A DNA stretch of 64,000 bases, from contig JBEGVQ010000048.1 of the NCBI GenBank assembly GCA_041178345.1, positions 1,021 to 65,020 of the forward strand, in the 5' to 3' direction. Position numbers and translations under genes: made by a program. This DNA comes from Acidobacteriota bacterium. GTDB lineage: Bacteria > Acidobacteriota > Vicinamibacteria > Vicinamibacterales > UBA2999. The notes under the pieces were generated by a model. It was not told the origin of the DNA and ran no database searches. It saw only the letters and a list, made by a program, of their open reading frames with translations. Of this stretch, positions 24,726 through 31,246 are shown one piece after another (the stretch's first letter is position 1; each line of letters begins with the position of its first letter).

Positions 24726-24947
24726 TCAGTCGCCCCCACCCCCGCCGCCATCGCCACCGCAACCGCCGTCGGCTGAGGATCCGCTGTCGCATTCGGGTCC
24801 GCCGCTGCTCCAGCCGGCCCCGCCGTCACCGCCAGTGGCCGTCACCCGCCGCGCCGGCGCCACCGACCTCGCGGCCACCGTTAAGACCGTCACGACGATC
24901 GTGAGTGCGGCCAGTGCCGTCAGTCAGACAACCCATGCTGCCACCAT
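24726..24947 (-). other. SD-preceded small ORF interrupted by an in-frame TGA (TM helix plus Gly/Asp/Cys-rich tail)
   Basis: AAGGAGG (24958-24952), then 4 nt, then ATG 24947. Manual translation: MVAAWVV-TGA-LTALAALTIVVTVLTVAARSVAPARRVTATGGDGGAGWSSGGPECDSGSSADGGCGGDGGGGGGD-stop. It is not in the ORF track because of the TGA at 24926-24924. Confidence 0.25.
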
Positions 24948-25028
24948 GTGGCCTCCTTGTGCTCATCGTTGGTTAATGAACACAAGATATCACCGCAGTG
25001 TTGCGGACAGGTTAACCCGTAACCTATT

Positions 25029-25049
25029 GGGCCGATGACACTTCGGCCC
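25029..25049 (-). terminator. stem-loop downstream of the TonB-dependent receptor gene
   Basis: GGGCCGA-tgacact-TCGGCCC, a perfect 7-bp stem about 90 nt after the receptor stop. The trailing T-run is weak. Confidence 0.35.
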
Positions 25050-25139
25050 GCTATCGGAGCTGCGCGAGCACCCAGGATGCGATGCGACCGTCGGGCATCA
25101 GGGCTGAGCGGTCTCTTGCTCCAGGCTCCCGACCCTCGA

Positions 25140-27614
25140 TCAGAACCGCCACGTCGCACCAACGTGGACGAGCCGCGAGTTGCCCGGCAGGATGCCGCGC
25201 GCGCGGTCCACGATGAACGTGTCGTCGAAGAGGTTCTTGACGGCGACGTATACGGAACCGCCGATCGGCAGCCGCCACGTCGCGGCAAGGTTCCAGTAGG
25301 TGTAGGCAGGGATGAGCCCGCGCTGTCCGTCCGGCGTGGCCTCGCGCGTATTGAGGTCGTCGCCGAACTGATCGCCCACGTGCTGTGCCTCGATCTGCGC
25401 GTCGAGGCCGATGCGGTGTCGGTAGCCTAACGTGACGGTAGCCGTGCCCTCCGGCGCATACGGCAGGCGATTGCCCGAGACACTGACCGTCGTCGAGCCG
25501 CTGGCGCTGCTGAAGCGGGTGCCGGTGAACTCCGCCGTTGGCAGCCACGTCAGCGCAGCGCTGGCGTAGAGGGCGTGGGTACCGCTTATGCGCTGCATTG
25601 AGTCAGCCGTTAGCCCTACCTCAAGACCCTGGTGCAGGGTTTGGCCACCGTTGGTCAGCACTGAGCCGACGCCGCCCGCGAGGCTGGCGGGGACGATCTC
25701 GTTCTCGTAGTCCAGGCGAAACAACGTGGCCGCTACCGAGATGCCTGGAGCCGCGGAGGTTCTCGCCCCGACCTCGTAGTTCCAACTCCGCTCCGGGTCC
25801 AGATCGACCACGCCGCCGGTGGTGTTGTTAATGATGTCCTCGGCGCGCGGTGGCGCAAAGCCGCGGTGTGTGCCCACGAAGATCGTGGTTTCATCGCCGG
25901 CCGCATAGGCCGCACCAACACCCGGGATCCACTCCGTAAGCGTCGTTTCACCCGATACGCCGAGGAGCCGATTGGTCCGGGCGTAGGCGACGCGCTCGAG
26001 GCGAACGCCCGGGACGATGATCAGCCCGCTCCACTGTGCGCGATGTTGGACAAAAGCCGACCACGCGTCGGTCGTGCGTTGATTGTCCTCAACGCGCCGC
26101 CCGGCACGGGCGGTCGGAAAGTCGCCATTCTCCTGCAGCCGATTCTGATTCTCGGTGTGAAACCGGAACCCGGCGTCGGTTTCCTGTGTGGTCGATCCGG
26201 CCGTAAAGCTGACCCGCGCCCGGTTCTCGATACCTCCGGAGGCGTAGCTGCGCAATCGGCCCTCGGTGCCGCAGGCGGTGAGCAGATTCGCCATGCCACC
26301 GCACGCCGGGTCGCTGCTGTCGTTGGGCCGCTGGCCAGAGTTGCTTGACTGTCGCCACCAGTCGCGGTCGAACGTCTGATAGTAGGCAGTGGTGGTCCAG
26401 GCGACACGGCCGCCCAACAGCCCTCGATACGCGCCGGACCCGCTCCAGCGCCTGCCGACGAAGCTGTCGTTGACGAATGGGTTGCTACGCGGCGCCGCCG
26501 CATACTCGTCGGTGCGCAGGCCGGAGTAGGTAACTTGGGAGTCTTCGCCGTAGAAGTTGCCCTTCGCCGACAGGCTGTGCGTGGGGCCGAGCGGCTGGGT
26601 AATCTTCACGTTCAGGTCGTTCAGCTCCGTGTTGATGTTGTCCCGTGCGCCGTCCGCCTGCTTGCGCAGCACGTACACCCACACGCCGGTCGTGCCGAAG
26701 GTACCGCCGGCACCCAGGTCGCCTTCGAAGTAGCTGCGGTTCCCACCTGCGACACCGACGCTGAACGTCGGCTTGGTCGGCGGTTCGGTGGTGATGTAGT
26801 TGATGACGGCACCGAGCGTGACGGGGCCATAGCCGATTTGGCTCGACCCCTTGAGTACCTCCACGCGCTCGAATCGATCGATCGGCGGATGGTAATAGCT
26901 CGCGTTGTCGCCGTAGGGCGCGTACGCCGTCGGCACGCCGTCCTCCAGGAGCAGGACTTTGGTTGAGCGCGTCGGGTTAAGGCCGCGAATGGCAATGTTC
27001 GGGCGGAGGCCCAGGCCTTCCTCGTCGCGGACGACGACTCCAGCGATCTTGCGGAGCGCCTCACTCGTGCTGAAGACGTGCGCGCGTTCGAGGGCGTCTG
27101 TGGTGAGAATGTCAACGGCGCCGGGAATGCGACGGCGCATCTCTTCCGAGCCGCCAATCCGAGTGCCGAAGACCGTGAGCTCTTCGGCCAGGGCACCTGG
27201 CCGCAGGACGAGGTCCAGCGTGACCGGTCGGGTCGACAGCCGCAGTGACTGCTGAGCGATCGAGAACCCAGGGGCAGAGGCGATGACGTCGTAGAGGCCG
27301 AGCGCGACCTCGTCGAATACGAAACGCCCGTCAGTGCCCGTGGTCGCCTCGCGGGAGGCCCCGGCAACTTGCGAGACCAGCCGGACGACGACGCCAGGCA
27401 CGACCGCCCCAGAACTGTCGACCACCCGGCCTTCGGCGCGGGACACCGGCGCCTGCGCGTGTAGGCCGACGACCGCTGCCAACCAGAGGACCGCGACGAG
27501 ACCGAGAGAGCGGAACAAGAATGGGCCGGACCTGCGAGCTCTCAACAAGACGCGTCCTTCGAGCGGAGGCAGCGATGCGACTGGCAAGTTGAGATTAAGT
27601 GTCAATGTTTTCAT
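25140..27614 (-). CDS. TonB-dependent receptor with N-terminal CarboxypepD_reg domain
   Basis: Start re-set to MKTLTLNL (ATG 27614). Features are EGRVVDSSGAVVPGVVVRL...TGTDGRFVFDEV (carboxypeptidase regulatory-like domain), a plug (..ALRKIAGVVVRDEEG..IAIRGLNP..), a long barrel, and the terminal ..HVGATWRF. Confidence 0.85.
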   Translation of the reverse strand: MKTLTLNLNLPVASLPPLEGRVLLRARRSGPFLFRSLGLVAVLWLAAVVGLHAQAPVSRAEGRVVDSSGAVVPGVVVRLVSQVAGASREATTGTDGRFVFDEVALGLYDVIASAPGFSIAQQSLRLSTRPVTLDLVLRPGALAEELTVFGTRIGGSEEMRRRIPGAVDILTTDALERAHVFSTSEALRKIAGVVVRDEEGLGLRPNIAIRGLNPTRSTKVLLLEDGVPTAYAPYGDNASYYHPPIDRFERVEVLKGSSQIGYGPVTLGAVINYITTEPPTKPTFSVGVAGGNRSYFEGDLGAGGTFGTTGVWVYVLRKQADGARDNINTELNDLNVKITQPLGPTHSLSAKGNFYGEDSQVTYSGLRTDEYAAAPRSNPFVNDSFVGRRWSGSGAYRGLLGGRVAWTTTAYYQTFDRDWWRQSSNSGQRPNDSSDPACGGMANLLTACGTEGRLRSYASGGIENRARVSFTAGSTTQETDAGFRFHTENQNRLQENGDFPTARAGRRVEDNQRTTDAWSAFVQHRAQWSGLIIVPGVRLERVAYARTNRLLGVSGETTLTEWIPGVGAAYAAGDETTIFVGTHRGFAPPRAEDIINNTTGGVVDLDPERSWNYEVGARTSAAPGISVAATLFRLDYENEIVPASLAGGVGSVLTNGGQTLHQGLEVGLTADSMQRISGTHALYASAALTWLPTAEFTGTRFSSASGSTTVSVSGNRLPYAPEGTATVTLGYRHRIGLDAQIEAQHVGDQFGDDLNTREATPDGQRGLIPAYTYWNLAATWRLPIGGSVYVAVKNLFDDTFIVDRARGILPGNSRLVHVGATWRF

Positions 27615-27680
27615 AACGATGGCTTGCACAGACGAACGACCAACATGGCGTACCGAATAGACCCTTTCGGCGGTGAACCA

Positions 27681-27715
27681 GAAGTTGCGAGTTAAAAGCG
27701 AAGTGCTGAGAGTTG
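27681..27715. repeat. degenerate heptamer array in the PepSY-TonB receptor spacer
   Basis: Plus strand reads GAAGTTG CGAGTTA AAAGCGA AGTGCTG AGAGTTG. This is the same unit type as at 13685-13716. Confidence 0.5.
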
Positions 27716-27732
27716 AAACGGGATGCAAACGC

Positions 27733-28893
27733 TCACGCCGCGCGCGGGTGTTCCACCGAGGCCTGCTGGCCGCGGCGCCGAATCCACGACATGAACCGGC
27801 GGCACGCGAGCGCCAAGCCGGTGTAAACCAACACGACGCCGCCTGCCGAGACGATGCCGGCCAGCGTTTGCCCGGCGAGTCCGTAGAACTCCCCGGTGTG
27901 CGCAAACCGCAACCATGACCGCGCGCGGCGACCGGCGCTCAAGTCGGCGAACGTCTCGGCCCTGGCAATGTCGCCGGTCCCGCGATCAATGGTGAGGGTT
28001 GCGCGTTTCTGCGGCTGCCCGCCGTAGCCTTGGTCAACGGTCAGCGTGAGCGGCCCGCTGTCGGCGGACAGCCGGACGGTCATGGTGCGCCACGCGGGCA
28101 CTTGCGCCTGGGCACGCGACCATGCGGCGTTTAGGCCACTCGCAGACACCGGCTCGGGTATCGCGGTGTCCGGGCTTGCCGCCGGCGTCGCCGCAACCGG
28201 GGGTCGATCGCCCGCCAGCCGGTAAACCAGGTTGCTCGCCCACGGGTACGAGATGGGGACGGCGCCGGCCACCACCACGGCGAGGGGAACCGCCGACCAG
28301 AAACCAATCACGTTGTGCCAGTTGAAGTCGCGGGCCTTGGCCGGCAGGCCGCCGCGAAACCAGAGGACGGCCTTGAACTGAATCCACGTCCATACCCGTG
28401 GCAGCCAAAGGTATAAGCCGCTCAGGACAATCAACAGGAACGCGAGGTTGGCAGCGCCGGTCACTGCCTTGCCGGTGGCCCGGCTCGCGTCCTGGAGGGA
28501 CAGGTAGCGGTGCCACACCGTCATGGTGCGGAAGAAGCTGCGCAAGCCCGTCGGTGGCGTGCCGATGATGGCGCCCGAGTACGGATCGACGAGCAGGGCC
28601 GTGTTTCCCTCGAGGGTCACGGTGGCCGGCGCGGCCCGGTTGGCGCGCAGCGTGACGCCGGTCGGTACCGTCCCCGGCCGGGCCTCGGCGACTTTCGCCA
28701 GCAGCGTCTCTGGGGGAAGATGCCGGACGGCGAGCGTGGAGGGCGCCGTCCAGGCGTTGCGGTCGGCCCACTCGAGCATCTGCTTCTCGTAGGTGAGGGC
28801 CACGCCGGTGACTGACATGATGAGGACGACCACGCCGGCGGCGACGCCGGCGATCAGGTGCATCCAGAAAATGGCCGAACGAAACGTCTTCAT
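27733..28893 (-). CDS. PepSY-associated TM helix (PiuB-like) membrane protein
   Basis: Start re-set to MKTFRSAIFWMHLIAGVAAG (ATG 28893). The 'HRYL / W..H.G...G' pattern (FAHTGEFYGLAGQTLA) is typical of PepSY_TM proteins. The gene lies upstream of the TonB receptor. Confidence 0.75.
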   Translation of the reverse strand: MKTFRSAIFWMHLIAGVAAGVVVLIMSVTGVALTYEKQMLEWADRNAWTAPSTLAVRHLPPETLLAKVAEARPGTVPTGVTLRANRAAPATVTLEGNTALLVDPYSGAIIGTPPTGLRSFFRTMTVWHRYLSLQDASRATGKAVTGAANLAFLLIVLSGLYLWLPRVWTWIQFKAVLWFRGGLPAKARDFNWHNVIGFWSAVPLAVVVAGAVPISYPWASNLVYRLAGDRPPVAATPAASPDTAIPEPVSASGLNAAWSRAQAQVPAWRTMTVRLSADSGPLTLTVDQGYGGQPQKRATLTIDRGTGDIARAETFADLSAGRRARSWLRFAHTGEFYGLAGQTLAGIVSAGGVVLVYTGLALACRRFMSWIRRRGQQASVEHPRAA

Positions 28894-28903
28894 GGCTCCA
28901 AGA

Positions 28904-28918
28904 TGAGACTTGGTCTCA
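28904..28918. promoter_or_regulatory. perfect palindrome TGAGAC-TTG-GTCTCA in the PepSY / pxpA divergent region
   Basis: A 6-bp inverted repeat with a 3-nt spacer, 11 nt upstream of the PepSY ATG. This is a candidate operator. Confidence 0.35.
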
Positions 28919-28966
28919 AGTTCTGAATCAGCATATGGCCGACTAAAATGGTCGGTCAAGGACAAA

Positions 28967-29752
28967 ATGAGAATTGATCTCAACTCCGACTTAGGCGAGT
29001 CGTTCGGGCCCTGGCCGATGGGGGACGATGCCGCGCTGATGGCGAGTATCTCGTCGGCCAACGTCGCCTGCGGCTTCCACGCCGGCGACCCCGGCGCCAT
29101 GCGCGCCACCGTCGCCCTGGCCAAGGCCAGCGGCGTTGCCGTCGGCGCGCATCCGGGCTTCCCCGACCTCGTCGGCTTCGGCCGCCGGGAGATGCAGGCC
29201 ACGCCGCAGGAGGTGGAAGACCTGGTCGTCTACCAGGTCGCCGCGCTCGCCGGCATCGCCGCGGCCCAGGGCGTGCGCCTCCAGCACGTGAAGGCCCATG
29301 GCGCGCTCTACAACATGGCCTGCCGCGACCGCGCATTGGCCAGCGCCATTGCCCGCGCCGTGGCCGCCATCGACAGGAACCTGATTCTGTTCGGGCTGCC
29401 GAATTCGGAGTTGATCAAGGCCGGCCAGCAGGCCGGGTTGCCAGTGGCCGCGGAAGTGTTTGCCGATCGCGCCTACGAAGCCGATGGCTCGTTGGCCTCC
29501 CGCCAGAGAGCCGGGAGCGTCATTCACGACCAGGCGGCCGTCGTCGCCCGCGCCATCAAGATGGTGCAGGGCCAACGGGTCGTCGCCCTGGACGGGTCAG
29601 CGATCTCGCTCGAGGCCGACACGATTTGCCTGCACGGCGATACCCCCGGGGCCGTCCAGTTGGCGCGGGCCGTTCGCGCCGGCCTCGAAGGGGCGGGTAT
29701 CCGCGTCTTGAACCTGGATGGTGGGCGTACGGTGGAACGGTCCCGTAAATGA
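28967..29752 (+). CDS. pxpA: 5-oxoprolinase subunit A (LamB/YcsF family)
   Basis: MRIDLNSDLGESFG, ANVACGFHAGDP, GAHPGFPDL and KAHGALYN. Start re-set to ATG 28967, preceded by AAGGAC. Confidence 0.85.
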   Translation: MRIDLNSDLGESFGPWPMGDDAALMASISSANVACGFHAGDPGAMRATVALAKASGVAVGAHPGFPDLVGFGRREMQATPQEVEDLVVYQVAALAGIAAAQGVRLQHVKAHGALYNMACRDRALASAIARAVAAIDRNLILFGLPNSELIKAGQQAGLPVAAEVFADRAYEADGSLASRQRAGSVIHDQAAVVARAIKMVQGQRVVALDGSAISLEADTICLHGDTPGAVQLARAVRAGLEGAGIRVLNLDGGRTVERSRK

Positions 29753-29756
29753 CCAA

Positions 29757-29843
29757 GGGCGGCGATCCCATTGCTGGAACCGCCGCCCAAAAGTTGCCGC
29801 CAACCTGGCTCCCCCCAGCTACTACGGCACTCGCGCCGTAGTA
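29757..29843. other. two stable stem-loops in the pxpA / DGQHR convergent spacer
   Basis: GGGCGGCG (29757-64) pairs with CGCCGCCC (29781-88). TACTACGGC (29820-28) pairs with GCCGTAGTA (29835-43). Neither has a canonical U-tail. Confidence 0.35.
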
Positions 29844-29972
29844 AACAGACTGGCGACAGCCACCCTAATCCAAAGTTCGTGCCGCGACTTTTCTGGCGTT
29901 CTTCAGGCGTTTCGCGAGCAAGTCGTTGCACGGCACCGACAAGTATGTCGGCAGGATCACAGTTTCTTCCGG

Positions 29973-31109
29973 TTACCCTGCCGCCCCTTCGGGATACTGC
30001 AACGCCAGCCGCAATTCCTTGGTCAGGTTGTCGACGGTCGTCCCCTGGCGTTTCCACGCGCCGTCGGTCTCGAAGCGCAGCGCGCCGATGCGGCGGCCCC
30101 ACGGCGAGATGACGCGGCCAATGGCCCGGAAGTCGGTGCGGTCGGCGTGCTGCTGGTCAATCTTCTGCAGCACATCGGGCGCCACGCGGATGAACGCGCG
30201 CAGGGCGGTCGCTGACTTGACGCTGTACTTGCGACCGTTCCACGCCGACTCGAAGATGCTGGCGATCTGCTTGAGGTAATTGACGAAGAACTTCTTCGAC
30301 TCTTCGCGGAACTCGGCACTCTTGCGCGCACCCCCCAGGGCCGCCTCGTCCGAGAACAGCTTCTTGAGTTCCTGCGCCAGCGGCGCCTGGCCGACGCGGC
30401 CCTTGCCGACACCGAGCAGCTTGATTTCGCCGTGCAGGGGCGACTCCTCGCGATCGTTGAGCGCCCGCACCACGTCGTGGGCGGCCGCCAGGGATTCGTC
30501 GCGGTAGAGCTGGCGTCCTGACAGCGACACCAAGTGCGAGGCGTTCAGCCGCGTGTGCTTGGCGTTAATCGTCACGAACATCTGGACGATGTGGTCTTCG
30601 GGCACCCGGTCGAAGATGATCGCGGGCACGGTGAAGGGCTCGTCGCCGAACCGATCGATGTCGGCGTGCAGGGCGAGCAACCGGTGCTGGCCGTCGATGG
30701 CGCGCAAGATGCCTTCGCGTTCCGGCACCTTCAGGCGGCCCACCGATGAGCCACTCTCGACCGCCTCGAAGCTGAGCTTCTCATCGCAGGAAATGATGAC
30801 GGCGCCGGGAATCGAGGGCAGGTCGCGAGCCTGCCGGCACTGCTCGTAATACTGGACGAGCTCATCAATCTTCTTTCGGATGATTTGGCGTTGGTACGCC
30901 TTCTCATTCGATGCGATGCGGCGTTCAAGCAGGTCCCAGTTGATCTTGGATTGGGCGGCCTTTTTCTTGCCCCTGACGCCGGCCTGTCCCTGATCCTGGT
31001 AGCTCAACACCTCAAAACGCACGAGCTTGTCGATATCACTGGCGGTCAGGGAGGCCTGATAGAATTGCACGCCGAACTGCTGCATCCGGATAGCGGCTAC
31101 GCTGATCAT
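29973..31109 (-). CDS. DGQHR-domain (DndB-like, ParB/Srx-fold) protein, orphan
   Basis: The literal motif ..ILRAIDGQHRLLAL.. is followed by FVTINAKHTRL. Start re-set to MISVAAIRMQQFG (ATG 31109). The 5' half is visibly less GC-rich than the neighbouring genes. Confidence 0.75.
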   Translation of the reverse strand: MISVAAIRMQQFGVQFYQASLTASDIDKLVRFEVLSYQDQGQAGVRGKKKAAQSKINWDLLERRIASNEKAYQRQIIRKKIDELVQYYEQCRQARDLPSIPGAVIISCDEKLSFEAVESGSSVGRLKVPEREGILRAIDGQHRLLALHADIDRFGDEPFTVPAIIFDRVPEDHIVQMFVTINAKHTRLNASHLVSLSGRQLYRDESLAAAHDVVRALNDREESPLHGEIKLLGVGKGRVGQAPLAQELKKLFSDEAALGGARKSAEFREESKKFFVNYLKQIASIFESAWNGRKYSVKSATALRAFIRVAPDVLQKIDQQHADRTDFRAIGRVISPWGRRIGALRFETDGAWKRQGTTVDNLTKELRLALQYPEGAAG

Positions 31110-31246
31110 ATGAGTCTGTCCAAAGAGGCAGATTCTATAATCGCCACCGCGCCCGCTCAATGGCTTTTGCCCACTTTCGAGGGCGATCAGGTCTGTACCG
31201 GACCTGTTCTTCTCCGCAAGTCGCTGCATTTGAAGGGTTTACGAAA

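Noticed and set aside
24710-24829. N-terminal extension of the duplicated-domain protein (MTAGPAGAAADPNATADPQPTAVAVAMAAG..).
   Set aside because: The extension is Ala/Pro/Gly low-complexity. A canonical signal peptide starts at MIRRMRLRAPALAILIV. The region is open in two minus-strand frames simply because of its GC content.
29753-29972. Intrinsic terminators or a small RNA in the pxpA / DGQHR spacer.
   Set aside because: Two good stems exist, but neither is followed by a U-tract in the appropriate orientation. Without expression or covariation data an sRNA call is unsupported, so they are listed only as stem-loops.
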